64,000 nt of DNA from Octopus sinensis (taxonomy: Eukaryota), in NCBI RefSeq assembly GCF_006345805.1, contig NC_043001.1, positions 47,926,001 to 47,990,000 of the forward strand, written 5' to 3'. A model generated the notes under the pieces. The model made no database searches, was not told where the DNA came from, and saw nothing but the letters and a program-made list of their open reading frames with translations. Of this stretch, positions 40,231-53,272 are shown one piece after another. The position numbers and the translations under genes are program-made. Every line of letters starts with the position of its first letter. The stretch's first letter is position 1.

Positions 40231-41350
40231 CACTTGATCTATCACCCAACTTTCATACCTTCTGTTAGAAACATTCATATACTACATATTGATAACTTAC
40301 CTTGCTTGAAGACCTTGTTATATTTATATATATATATATATATTATATATATATATATATATATATCTTTGCAAAAAATATATATATACATATATATATA
40401 TATATTGATATATATCACAAACAAAAAAGTGATTCAGGGCCGAGAGTTGGCACTTATCAAAGTTTGGTAAATCCCAACGTACGGAACTCTTGGCCTTGAG
40501 TCACTCTGTTGCTGCTGCGAAATATTACCGAAAATATGTATACACACACACTCACACACACACACACACACCACACACACACACACACACCACACACACA
40601 CACATATATATATAATATATATATAATATATACATATATATTCCCCCTCTCTGTCTACATATATATATATATATATATAGATATATAATATATATATATA
40701 TAATATATAATATATATATATATATATAATACATATATATATATATATACATATATATATATGTACTTGTTCCTGCACTTCTGAATTCAAATGCTTCCAT
40801 GGCGTTTTTGGGTGATAGACATATTCCAACTACTGATTTTAACACCACGGTCTTTGCAAGCATTCGGGCGAGGTCTTAAGCCCCACCTCCAACTTTCTTT
40901 TCCCTCAGAGATTCCATGAAGGGTCAGTGACACTACGCTTTTTGTCGTATCTACACAAGAAAAGTAAAAAAAAGCTACATCCTTGTAATACCGTTGGGTC
41001 TAACTTATTTTCTCATGCTGCTAGCCATCTGTGAATATAGCATTCATCATAGTAATCAAATTTCCTCCATTTTTCGAATATTCTCAAGCCAGCTCGTATA
41101 AAAACGTTTCTCCCGTGGTAGGGATTTTAACTTTCTACGTAATAATGGTGTCCCTGACCTTGTCCTCCCAAGAGATACTCACTATTTCTTTCATGGCTCT
41201 CATCATGAATGCATACATTTTTAACTCTTTTCATTATAAAGTCTATGTCTACGAGCTATACGACACGGGCAGATAGCACTGTGTATACTTTCGAATTTAC
41301 TTGCATTGTAACGCGTTCTCACGATCCCTCTCTCTCCCTCTCTTTTGCTC

Positions 41351-41412
<62 letters not shown>

Positions 41413-41745
41413 CGTCTGTCTGTCGGTCTGTCTGTCTGTCTGTCTGTCAAACTATACCTTCTCGAGATGTCCTTACCATGTAATTTAGTCTTTCACTGAC
41501 CCTACCATTACAACTGATTCTGCTGACCAGATAGATCAAGTCCGATATCTCTATGTCTCTTCAATTATGATGAATTCATGTTGCATAGGTTTGTGGTTGT
41601 GTACGTGAAGGTCTGTCCGTACAAATATACTGAGTCCTTCCTTGTGCGTACGGCTTTCTAAATCCCTGTATAAAGATAATCCTTACACACAAACTCACAA
41701 ATACATACACGCATACACATACATGTATACATACATACATTTTTG

Positions 41746-42537
41746 AGATAAAACTTACTCGGAAAAGGATGCGTGTCGTTCGATCACATGGTAACATAAA
41801 TAATATATAAATATATGCACACATACATACATATATATGCATATATACATGGATATATGGGTACGGGACATCAAAAAAAAAACATTGAACACAATGAGAA
41901 ACGAAAACATAAAAACAAAAGCATAGAAAACGAACTTTTTTCGAACACCGAAAAAACCCCAGAGAAATGAGACATGCAACATAAAGAATATTCCCCTTCA
42001 GCAGTTATCCCTGTTTTATCTACTCCACCGTCGAAAGCAAGGACAATACGCAACTTCGTAGAAACAGTCCATCCCGCAAAGCAAATTAAATACAATTTGG
42101 GATTTTTTGCGGAGGGTGAAAGTGGTAACAAGACAGGATAGTGAGAACAAGACAGTAAAAACAAACGGGAAGGGCTGTTAAGCCAAGACGACAGAAAAAT
42201 TATTATGAACTCTAGGAGGACGAGCTTATGAGAGGAGACAGGTATAAAGCACGTGTTGGCTTTAGGAAGGAAATGGGCAGAAACATAGATTCCCTTTCGT
42301 CACGTGTCAGCGACGAGAGTCAAGGAGGAAGAGTGAGAGAGCGGGAACGGTGAAGAGAGGAGGAGAAATATAGGGAAGGGTGAGAGAAAAAACCAGAAAG
42401 GATGAAGAACAAGAGAGGGAGAGAGATAGACAGAGAAGAGATAGGAGAGATAGAAGAGTGCGCATCGTAATTATTAAGATAAAACTTACTTGGAAAAGGA
42501 TGCGTGGCGTTCGATCATATAATAATATAAATAATAT

Positions 42538-42540
<3 letters not shown>
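41746..42540 (-). mobile_element. Penelope-derived non-autonomous element with about 60-bp terminal direct repeats (period 731 bp)
   Basis: AGATAAAACTTACT(C/T)GGAAAAGGATGCGTG.CGTTCGATCA at 41746 and 42477; minus remnant SSHKLVLLEFIIIF...WLNSP resembles the GIY-YIG C-terminus. Confidence 0.5.
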
Positions 42541-42587
<47 letters not shown>

Positions 42588-42671
42588 TATATACATACAT
42601 ATATGTACATATCTACATGTATATGTGTATATACATGCATATTCATACATACATACACATATATTTGTGTG

Positions 42672-42702
<31 letters not shown>

Positions 42703-43023
42703 GTGTGTATTTATATATATGTATGCATCTATATATGAACATGTGTGTGTGTGCGCGTGCGTGCGCATACATGTGTAAATGTATGAACATATGTATATCC
42801 ATGAAGTAGTAATTCGATGCATTACAATGAAAACGCAATGTAAGCAAGAGCAAATTGTTGTATATTAAGCGGTTGAAAACAGTAACCTATTGTTAGACAC
42901 GAATGCAAACAAATATAGAGCTAAATATCGATTATGATATAAGATATCTCTTGACCCGTATGCACATATCCTACATCAATAAACTGTATCAAGAGCAGAA
43001 ATACCGTAATATACTATAATCGT

Positions 43024-43029
43024 TTTATT
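43024..43029 (-). promoter_or_regulatory. Possible polyadenylation signal of the minus-strand gene
   Basis: AATAAA on the minus strand downstream of the putative stop, followed by a U/GU-rich stretch; the hexamer is common in AT-rich DNA. Confidence 0.3.
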
Positions 43030-43116
43030 GAAGCAAAAATGGAAAAAAAAATAACCTGTAATCGTCTGTAGTTGCGTGGGTAAAATAGCATTCATCAGTT
43101 CAATTCCAGTTGAATA

Positions 43117-43244
43117 TTATGTGGTAGATTTAATTTGCTTGTCTGGTCTATCACCACCATGCACCTCTCGAGGGCTTTTAGCCGTGTTCACTCTGTTGCA
43201 AGATTTTAAAGCAAGTTTCTGTTCCTCCCACCTGTGTTGGAGAT
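43117..43244 (-). CDS. Candidate terminal coding exon, peptide (D)LQHRWEEQKLALKSCNRVNTAKSPREVHGGDRPDKQIKSTT*
   Basis: ttacctcttgcag| acceptor after a 143-nt intron, phase 1, TAA at 43117-43119, AATAAA about 90 nt downstream. Confidence 0.5.
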
Positions 43245-43387
43245 CTGCAAGAGGTAATGGTAGCTACGCTTCCACTTCAACCAAACCACCGAGAGGAGGG
43301 AGAACATAAGAAATTAGAATTAAACATTTGGAAAATTCGAAAGTTTTAAAATCTTATTTTAAATGCGGTGCTCAAACAGGGCCTCAC

Positions 43388-43413
43388 CTTTGACGGCAAG
43401 TCGAACAAAGGAT
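43388..43413 (-). CDS. Candidate micro-exon (26 nt, phase 2 to 1), peptide (R)SFVRLAVK(D)
   Basis: agttctttcag|ATCCTTTGTTCGACTTGCCGTCAAAG|gtgagg; strong acceptor and donor; joins AG|A from the 54013 exon. Confidence 0.55.
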
Positions 43414-44715
43414 CTGAAAGAACTTAGATATATAATTCCTTATTCATATTTGAAAACAAGGTCACTGTTTCTGAAGTGTTGAACTTTGAACGATTGTTAC
43501 GTAAGTAATGGAGGAAGCTAACCCAGTATCTCTGTTTGTTCTGTCGCTCTCTCCTCCCTCACCCTCTCTTTTTTGAATCTGATGTATCCATGCGATCCAT
43601 CATTAACTAAAATTTCTATGGTGTTGAAACAGATGAGACGGATCTCGTGTCCTAATCACTGGATAGACCAAGATACTAAGTAACACCCAGTCAAACGTTA
43701 CACTTCATGGAGACGTTAGAGAAATTTAATATCCCGTAAACATTTAAACTGACACTGCAATGCAACGGACCACTCGTTAAGTCTACGGTATTCTCCACTA
43801 AATTTTCTCTTTGTAGGTTTTCAGGATACAAAACATATCTGCTGAAACGGTTCTGAATCTGGTAAATATCAAACACCAGTCCTCCGCACAAAAATGAATT
43901 AAATATTTTGCCCCTCTCGCTATTTTTTTTTTTATTAACGAGTAAACAAAAAATGTTTCAAACACGTTGTGTCCCAAAACGGACAGTTAATAAAATGGAG
44001 ATAATCATTTTTTCATATTTAGTGGAATTAGACGTTTGATTATGAAACTACGCTAGGAAAATAAATGCACAGAATACCTATATTTAATTATCTTTCGTTG
44101 CGTATTTATTATAAAATTCTTAAAATTTCTTGTAAGTGGTAATCATGTATTGTACTATTACATTCCTTTCATAAATCAACAGTATAATATAACTTGAGGC
44201 ATATTAATTAAACATTTTATGAAATGAGACATTTCTAAGGGATAGAAAATTATCATAGTTAAGAAGAATTCATGGACTGTTAATTTATTTTTCTGCATAC
44301 AGCGTTTGCTTCTAAGTAATTATTCCTTCTTCGCCATGATGTTGAGAAAATTTAGACGCTTTATAGCCATCTTTAATTTTATGCATGACAATTTATCCAC
44401 CTCATTTTGAATCCTCACTGTCACCGCCAGACCTTTATGGGAAACACTGATTGGGTGTATAATTATAATGAAATGAAATTGTGAGTTCTATGAAGCCAGA
44501 TCTCAAGCTATTCCGCATGACCTCTTTCCTATACACGTTGCACGATCCGAACAAAACGCAACTTAAATACAAGCCAATATCAATGTATGATCCCCGCATT
44601 ACTCACTATGTAGACCCAGCTTCCACTACATCCACTACATCATAGAAGTCTCAGTAGTAGTGAGCGCAGCATCAGCATTAGTAGTTGAAGTAGTAGAAGC
44701 AACAGCAGCACCAGT

Positions 44716-44895
44716 GGAGGCGCAATGGCCCAGTGGTTAGGGCAGCGGACTCGCGGTCGTAAGAACGCGGTTTCGATTCCCGATCCGGGCATTGTGAGTG
44801 TTTATTGAGCAAAAACACCTAAACTCCACGAGGCTCCGGCGGGTGGTGGTGGTGAACCCTACTCTTTCACCACAACTTTCTCTCACTCTTTCTTC
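44716..44895 (+). mobile_element. SINE family C 5' part
   Basis: GGAGGCGCAATGGCCCAGTGGTTAGGGCAGCGGACTCGCGGTCG...GGTTTCGATTCC (A and B boxes). Confidence 0.9.
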
Positions 44896-45404
44896 CTATT
44901 TCTGTCACAAAGCTGAGGAACCATGGTGTAACCCACTATGGTGGGGTAAACTTTCAGACCATAGTCTAGATTGTGAATCCTCTGTACCCCAGGATGGTTT
45001 AGCTCTCCACCCATTAAAAACCACCGTTTATGGAAAGAGGATAACAACGTAGCTTTCCCGCCCGTGCAACCGCCAGTCTATCGCGTGTGGTGGATGGATC
45101 TTCAAGTTGCCTCACGCATTCTTAGTAGCTTAGAGTCGGCTCGAACTAGAGATTATTCTTTGTGGCTAATGGCGTGAGTCCTGACTGGAAGAAGAAGACA
45201 GCAGCAGCAGCAGTAGTAGTGGTGGTGGTGGTGGTAAAAATAGCAGCAGTAGCGGTAGTTGCATTAGTAATAGCAGTAGCAGCTGTTGCAGCAGCAGTAG
45301 CAGTAGTGGAAGTGGTTATGGTATTGGTGGTGGCGGTAGTAGTGGTAATAGTATGTGGCAGCAGTAGTAGCGTTAGCAGGTGTAATTATTATCATTAATG
45401 CTAG

Positions 45405-45835
45405 GGCGAAGGTTGTGAGTTCGCAGAATCGTCAGCGCAACGCACGAAATACTTTGCAGTATTTCACCCGTCTTTCCGCTCTGAATGAATATTACACCGA
45501 GGTGGACTTCATTTTTTTTTTATCATCCGAGAAAATAAGTACTAGTTGAGTACTGCAATATATGTTATCAACTCACATCATACCCCCAAATTTCAGGCTT
45601 TGTATTTATAGTAGAAAGGATTATTATTTTTATTATAAAGGCGGCGAACGAGAAGAAACGATAGCACGCCGGACAAAATGATTAGCGGCATTTCGTCCGT
45701 CTTTACGTCCTGAGTTCAAATTCAGCCGAGGTCGACTTTGCCTTTCATCCTTTCGGGATCGATAACTTAAGCACCATTGAAACACTGGGGTCGATGTAAT
45801 CTCACAAAGTTTCAAGCCTTGTGCCTTTAGTAGAA
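45405..45835 (+). mobile_element. Two tandem SINE family A copies
   Basis: GGCGGCGAACGAGAAGAAACGATAGCACGCCGG...GAGTTCAAATTCAGCCGAGGTCGAC. Confidence 0.85.
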
Positions 45836-45844
45836 GGGATTATT

Positions 45845-48790
45845 ATAATGGAGCTCCTGGGAGTTTTGCATGCGTAGCGGGCTTGCTACCTGCAGCCTAC
45901 GGTACCATGTTAACCGTTCATTTCAGGTATCTAATACGTTCTTGAGCATTCTGGACGTGCCAAGGAGGCAAACCTTTTGTAACAGTTCTACTGGGCACTC
46001 TATTCCAATTTCCTTTATATTCCCCTTGATGCCTCCTAATACTGTTCCCAAGGACCCAACAATAAATGACACTATCTTCACCTTCTTTATTTTCCATCTC
46101 CGCATTATTTTGCACTACTTTGTTCTTAAGGAGGTTATATTTCTCTATATCTTCGTTGTCCTTCTTGACTATTCGTGGGTCAAAGGGGTATGCAATATCA
46201 ACTATATAGCATATGTGGTGCATCTTGTCCACTACCACTAGGTCCGGTCTATTGTGCTCTAGCACCCGATCTGTTTGGAATGGGAAATTTGAGAGAATTT
46301 CGCCAGTCTCCGACTCATCCATTTTCTGCGGTTTATGATCATACCACTTCTTGCCACTCTCCAGCCCCCACTTTTAGCAAGGTTTCCAGTGTAGCACTTT
46401 CGCTACTAGATCGTGTTGCTACAACTTGTAGTAGTTTGGAGCAGGTCTAGGGAATTCTTTCTGGATATGGGTAATGGTTTCATCCCCTCTATTGCAGATG
46501 CGGCACAGCGGAGACACTTGCTCATTCCTAATATTGACCCTCCAGTTCGTGGCCAAAGCTTGGTCTTGCACTACCAGTATAGTGCTCTCGGTCTCCTTTT
46601 TTAGTGTTCTTTTCATCAGCTAATCCCACCTATTTTTCAGCAACTTCTGTTGTGGTTGCGTGGAATTGATTGTGTAGTCCCTTCTAGCGTAAGTCTTCAT
46701 CATGTCCTTCTTGTACTTCTTCCTTTGTTTTCCCTTTTTTCGCTGTTTTCAATACCCCCTCGTTGCTAACTGTCACTAACAGGCTTCCATACCTTGGGCT
46801 ATGTGTCTCATTACGCTCTCGAGTTCGATACGCATACAGTCTTCCACAATTATCAGTCCTCTTAGTCCATTTGCTCTTTTCATGTATAGACGATCAGTGT
46901 CTGCACGCTTTCTTGACTTCCTGTCCATCTCCTTTAACTCCTCTTCTTTCTACTTCAGGATTCCAGCGCCATACCGAACCATTGTGACTGCGCGCGTGTT
47001 TATTGCCGAAATTATGTTTTTGGCATTCAGCTTTGAAGTCAATATTTTTCTCACTCGCCGCAGGTGCTCTCTTTTTGTCGTTTCCTTCTTGTCGTTACGT
47101 TTGATTCCATTAACCTCAAGTATCCCCACGTATTTATAGCTGGATTGAGGTTGAATTGCCATCATCATTTCACCACTTGGCAACCGTATGCCTTCGGTCC
47201 AGACAAGCTTTCCTCATCTCATCACAAGTACATTTTGAGAGACCAAATTCCATCTTAATATCATTGGAGAAAACTGCACAGACTGGACTAGGCTGTCCAG
47301 TTCTGCCTCAGTTTTTGCGAATAGCAAGTGGTTGAATTTTCCATTACCTCTTCCCTGATCATACCCCAATTTTTTTTATGTAGTATTTCACTCAAGGGGG
47401 TCATTCCCAGCACGAAGATCAATTACCCTGGAAGATTCCTCTCTTAATGTTCACCTCACCTATTATTTGATTCCTTCCAGTTAATTCCCGTTATCCAGCA
47501 TTTCATGCTATTCCATATAGGTCTCTCATATTTTCTGCTACTCCACACATTTCCATTGTTATTATCCAGGAGTATGGTATCATACCGTATACTTTATGAT
47601 AATCAGCCGATGCCATGCTCAGGTTTGTGTGTCTTCTCTTGCAGTTCGGCACCCTTTCTGTTCAATCGGTAGCAGCCCACTTTTTTTCAAGTATCTTTAC
47701 AGTTCACCGGCCAAAGCACTTGACATTAGTTTCCACATTAGCGGAAGACACGTTATTGGTCTAAAGTTGGTCTAAAGTTTTCAGGATCCTTGACATATGA
47801 CAATGCCTTTCCCATTGTCATTCAGCTGGGTACTGCGCCTTCCTGTAAGCACTCATCTAGCTGTTGCACTATCCTTTCATAAAACCCTCTCAGCTTCTTC
47901 ATCCAATGACCTTGGATTCCATCCGGGCTTGGGTTCTTCCAATTTGAGAATTTTCTTTTTTTATCATTTCTGTAGTTATTTTTATGTCGTCTTGGCTTTC
48001 TATATTTCTTAACCTACCTTGGATTTCATGCAGTCAATCCGCTTCATCATCATGCTCTACAGGTTGGTTCCAGATCCCTCTCCAGAATGCCCTGCTTTCC
48101 TCTGCATCTAGTATCATTGTTACGCGTAATTGCCCAGCTACTTCCTATAATAGTTTCTTCTGATTTGCTTTAAACAATCTGTTTTACTCGAGTTGTTTTG
48201 CTCTATTGTTAAGTCTTTCCAGTTTTGCTTTGATTGCTACTGCTCTTTGTTTCAATTCTTCCAGTATTACATAATACCCTTTATATCTTATTCTATATTT
48301 TCATTCCAGCATTATTCTTTTGCTTTTGTTCTGTAATTCCCCTCTTTTCCATCTATCAACTTTTCCTAAATGTCTTTTTAACTTTGTTTCTCACAAATCT
48401 GTCTACGCCAGTATGATTCTTTACGTCCACTCTGTTCTCTTCTTTTGTATCAACCTCTGTCTGCAGCAACCATAGCTGCAGCCCAAATAATCTTGTTAGT
48501 TTCAGTTATATTTCTCGTCTGGAATAGCCCAAGGACCGAATCTATCTTTCGGTTTAAGCTTTGACCTTGTGTCGATCAATTTACCTCAGATAGGGAGATA
48601 TTTGATCCTGGTTTTCGCTAATATATCGGCACAGCATCCTCGCAATGTATTGTTAGTCATCATTGTATACTTGTGATATAACTCTTCCTATTACTTCTGC
48701 TTTATTTGCAGAGAATGCATTTAGATTTATACTTTCCTCTACGTCTTCTCTGCTGTCATTCATTTCTCTCTTCCCACTGGGCATGTTATC
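45845..48790 (-). mobile_element. Near full-length decayed R4/Dong-type retrotransposon (~2.9 kb)
   Basis: RPITCLPLMWKL-like and RGIFQG RT motifs, YKYVGILE, AINTRAVTMVRYGAG, LKKETESTILVVQDQAL, RPDLVVVDK...IVDIAYP RLE; (TAA)n at the 5' side. Confidence 0.9.
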
Positions 48791-48799
48791 TGTTGGGGA

Positions 48800-48858
<59 letters not shown>

Positions 48859-48884
48859 CATTACCATCCTCCTCCTCCTCATCA

Positions 48885-48946
<62 letters not shown>

Positions 48947-49123
48947 TTCATAATCATTTTCTATCATAGATAAGACTTGGAGCCTAGTACTAACACGAAA
49001 ATGTTAATGAAAAATTAGCCAAAACTCATATCGGATCAGAGGAGATATTAACAATGACAAATAGTAAAGTAAAATGAAAATAATAAGCTCAGTGATGATG
49101 ATGATGATAATAACAATAATAAC

Positions 49124-49192
<69 letters not shown>

Positions 49193-49193
<1 letters not shown>

Positions 49194-49747
49194 GCCCTGA
49201 TGCAGTACCAGGCAGTGGCTCTCATGGCTTCTGATATTAACTGATTGGAAGTGTTATCATGTACATTGTTTTGTCTTGGTATAAAAGATGGGCTTCAGCA
49301 AATATTTTGCTCAATACCACAGATTTGCTTGTCAGTTGTTTGACTTTAACCAGTTGAGTATGTCCCTTAGTGGCTGACGATATGTGCATCTCTGATCACG
49401 AGCAGAAGTAGTGGGGGAGCATCATAGCCATGTGTTGAGAAGGATTCTTTGGGGTTTGAATAATTCACCTCTGGAAACATGGGTGGTTCTTTCAACATCC
49501 TTAAACAACCCTTATTCAGGGACCTTTTGAACGGGATGGGCTATTCAACCTGAAGAAAATTCTAACTGGGCCCCACCTGCAAGGTCATGTGCAGTTTATC
49601 TTGATATGAGATCACCATGTCGCGCACATATGGTTGTGATGCATGTGCCTGGTGTACCCTTATCAGACGGGTAGTCATGATGGGCATATTGAGCTTCGTA
49701 TATTTTACCCCAGTGTCACTCTGATGGCATGAACTGCTCTCTCACTC
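49193..49747 (+). mobile_element. ~555-bp non-coding repeat embedded in (TAA)n; full-length copy
   Basis: Starts TGCCCTGATGCAGTACCAGGC, ends CTGCTCTCTCACTC; (AAT)n on both sides; related copies at 10496-10988, 22589-22727 and 38812-38920. Confidence 0.8.
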
Positions 49748-49804
<57 letters not shown>

Positions 49805-49806
<2 letters not shown>

Positions 49807-50875
49807 ATAAAGGAAAGCAAAAAATTTGCTATTGATCTCATGCAGGATACCCAAACTGAACAACCCGAGGGAAGTAGGGCAACTATTGTTGCAAAGAAGG
49901 TGAAAATAATGGCAACGAAAAAAGCGCACGAACAATTGGCTGATAGGTGGGAGGAGAAACCTCTGCACGGTAAATATGTGGCACGCAGCAAACAAGCTGA
50001 TGTTGACCAGAAGCAAACCCATCAGTGGCTACAGAGCTCAGGGCTAAAAGCAGAGATCGAAGGTTTCATCCTGGCTGCTCAAGATCAAAGCCTATTAACC
50101 CGGAACTACCAGGCCAATGTGATGAAAAATGGAGCAGACCCAAAATGCCGATTCTGCAACGACATGATTGAAACAGTGGACCACCTAATCTCTGGATGTA
50201 AAGTCTTAGCACCAGTGGAGTATAAATTAAGACATGACAGAGTTGGCCAATATCTACACTGGCTAATAAGTCGGCATTACAATATCAAAACTGCCAACAA
50301 GTGGTATAATCACCACCCTGAAGCTGTAACTGAAGGAGAAAATGTAACGATTCGTGGGACTTTCCAGTACATACAGACCGAACCATCAAAGCCAATAAAC
50401 CAGATATTGTTGTGAAAGACCAAAACAATAAAGTTTGCTTATTGATCGACATGAGCATCCCCTGTGATCCTGTGATCATAATATCTCGGCGAAAGAGTTT
50501 GACAAGCTCAGAAAATATAAAGACCTACTCATTGAAATTGAGAAAATGTGGCATCTCAAGGCGGTTAAAATACCAGTGATCGTAGGAGCACTAGGAATGA
50601 TCAAGAAGGGAACCGAAAATTATATGAGAATGATCCCTGGCTTACCATCCCTGCAAGAAGTGCAAAATATTGTCTTAACTGGTACATCACACGTATTGAG
50701 AAGAGCATTGTCGATGTGAGAACTATTACTACCCATGTATTTTAATTTAACTTTAAAAAAAAATGAACGAACTATTAAGTTTAGTTTAATGGCCTACCAA
50801 TGTATACTATGAGTTTCTTTGCCCTAGGAGTCGGGAAGACACTCGGCAAGAAATGGAAGCAAATTTGAAAGAAAA
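49805..50875 (+). mobile_element. R4/Dong-type 3' fragment, different subfamily and fairly well preserved
   Basis: WEEKPLHGKY...LKAEIEGFILAAQDQSL...CRFCNDMIETVDHLISGC...RHDRVGQYLHW, PDIVVKD...LLIDMSIP; flanked by (TAA)n. Confidence 0.9.
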
Positions 50876-50917
50876 ATAATAATAATAATGATAATAATAA
50901 TAATAATAATAATAATA

Positions 50918-50955
<38 letters not shown>

Positions 50956-50969
50956 TAATAATAATAAGG

Positions 50970-51250
50970 AAAGAAGCGGTTGGAATCTCCCCATGTCCTG
51001 ATCGATGATACATTAGTGATGGTGTCACAATAAAAACACTAGTAATTGGGCGCCCTGATAATCGCTACCTCGTATGAGTGACAATGAAAAACAAAATATT
51101 GTGAATAACGGTAGTAATGAAACTGAAGCCATTGGCGAGAGGCTCAGAGATACTGGTCCGGCTCCAGCCAGTCGTTACTCAGCATTGGACCAGAACCCAC
51201 GGTATAGATGGCACAAACAAGTCAAAACTGTGGTCATGGTGTGTCATTAT
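50970..51250 (+). mobile_element. Probable 5' end (UTR and ORF start) of an R4/Dong-type element
   Basis: MSDNEKQN...RYRWHKQVKTVVMVCHY resembles the R..W....N...M.CY N-terminus of this clade; follows (TAA)n. Confidence 0.45.
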
Positions 51251-51329
51251 TATTATTATCATCATCCTCATCATCGTCATCATCATCATCATCGTCATCA
51301 TCATCATCATCATCATCATCATTATTGTC

Positions 51330-53272
51330 TTTGCACAGATTCTAACGCTGGAGATGTTCTACGGTACCAGCTGTTCACTACCAGTGAACTAAGATAACAA
51401 CCACTATTTTTCAAGAACTATGCGTAGTATTCCAGTGGTTACAAGTAGTGCTGTTTTCTGCAATAGCTCCATCCTTATTGCAGACCCTATTTGTTCCACG
51501 TACTTCTCAAGATTTTTACTCACTGCTCCCTGGCTCCGACAATTATTGGTAATACTTCCACCTATTTTGTCGGCCACAACTGCTTAACCTCCCAGGCTAA
51601 ACTGTCATATCAATCGACATTCTTCCTTCCTTATCGCATACCTTGTTGTAAGCTGGGAATGCTATATCTATGATCCAGCATAATTTGCTTTCTTTCTCAA
51701 TTAAGACTATGACTGATTTTCTGATTTTCTATCTCATGGTCGCACTGAATCATAAAATCCCACAGGATCTTTAAATTATCATTTTCGATGATGCCTTCGT
51801 GTTTATGTTCGTATCACTCCTTTGCACTGTCAAGTCCATACTTGTTGCAGTTTCCAATGGACAATCCTTGCTATGTTGTAATGACGTGTCTTATATTCTT
51901 TCTGGGCTAGAGGCGTACATTGACTGGTAATATGCCATACGGTTTTATCATTTTGTCCACAAATTATGCACTTACCACTTTCTGATGTGGTTATCTATGA
52001 ATAACAAGTGGTTGACTTTTTGTTGGCGGCTTTTGAATACATACCCAGCTTTTACTTTCCTCAGAATCGGTGTTAGTGGTTTCATGCTAAGTACAAAAAT
52101 CACTGGGGACAAGTATTTCCCTTGGAAGATGCCTCTCCTGATTTCTATTGTCCCTTAACTTCTTCCATATTCTGTTAGTTCTGTCCTCAACTTCTCCATT
52201 CTTTTTCCAAGCAATCGTTCAACATTCGATGCAATACCAAATAAGTTCATACATTCCATAATCCAAGAACGTAGGATCATATGCTACGCCTTACGATTAT
52301 CGATCCGTGACATGGCTAAGTTATCTTTCCTCCTCTTGCAATCTCTAAGTACAGTTTTGTTTACCAGGAGTTAATTCTTTGTACCTCTGCATTTCCGCTT
52401 GCAACCCTTCTGCTCATATTGTAGGACACAATTTTTTTCCAGATGTCCCTACATTGACTCTGCGTCTACTCTAGTCAATAATTTCCCCACAAGTGTCAAG
52501 CAGGATATCGGCCTGTGATTGTCTACCGTATTGCTTTTTTCGATGTTCTTCAAACACAGCACAGTCCTACCCATTGTCAACCACACTGGTGTTACTTAGT
52601 CTGCATTTAACAGAGTATTGAGTTGTGCAGCTATTCGTGCATGACATTCACCAAATCTTTTGATCCAGTAGCCTTGAACTCCATCTGGTCCTAGGACCTT
52701 CCAGTTGCCCATTCTTTTGCTGAATTCCTTCACTTCCCTAACTTAAATGACTAGTTCTGCTTGTTTTTGACAGACTACTGTTTGTTTCAGTTCTTGCAAC
52801 CACTCCGCATCCTTCTTGTGCTCCTTGTCTTTGTTCCAGATGTCATTCCGAAACCTTTGACTTTCAATGTTATCTGGTATCAACTTTTCATCTGTACACT
52901 CTCCGTTTATTTCTTTGTAGAGTCTCTTCTGGTCTACTTACTCTGAATAAGCTATTCTGCTGGTATCCCTTCATTCTTTAGTCGTTTCTTACCATCTTTA
53001 CTTTCTTTGCAACGAAGCGCTGTTTCAGTTACTCCATTACCACTTTCAGGCCATTTCTTTCAATATCTTACCGTTCAGTGCTCTATATTTTTGTTCAATT
53101 TTAAATTCCCCTTCGCTTTTCGGTCTAACACAAAAATGTCCTTCGAGAGCGAATCTAACCCAACCTGTAGTCTTCATTTCCACCATGGATCTTTTCTTCT
53201 GTCACTCCCACTATATTTCTTTTTCTTGACATCAACACCCATATTTCCACTACATCAATACTTTCTGCCTTG
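51330..53272 (-). mobile_element. Internally deleted R4/Dong-type element, same subfamily as 22815-24093
   Basis: N-terminal and early RT motifs (SWIDNRKA, RRGIFQGKYLSP) joined almost directly to the CCHC/RLE region; 3' UTR matches 24010-24093. Confidence 0.85.

Noticed and set aside
43817-43861. Plus-strand 45-nt exon-like segment (VFRIQNISAETVLNL) with good splice sites
   Set aside because: No partner exons found; it lies antisense within the better-supported minus gene.
44716-44790. tRNA-like sequences at SINE heads (also 5050-5122, 5889-5950, 21190-21260, 55120-55185)
   Set aside because: They have A/B boxes but no complete cloverleaf and continue into SINE bodies, so they are not tRNA genes.
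49193-49280. HDV-like ribozyme at the 5' ends of the TAA repeat and of the Dong element (50970-51070)
   Set aside because: Expected for R2/R4-type elements, but I could not fit the P1/P2/P3/P1.1 nested pseudoknot by eye.
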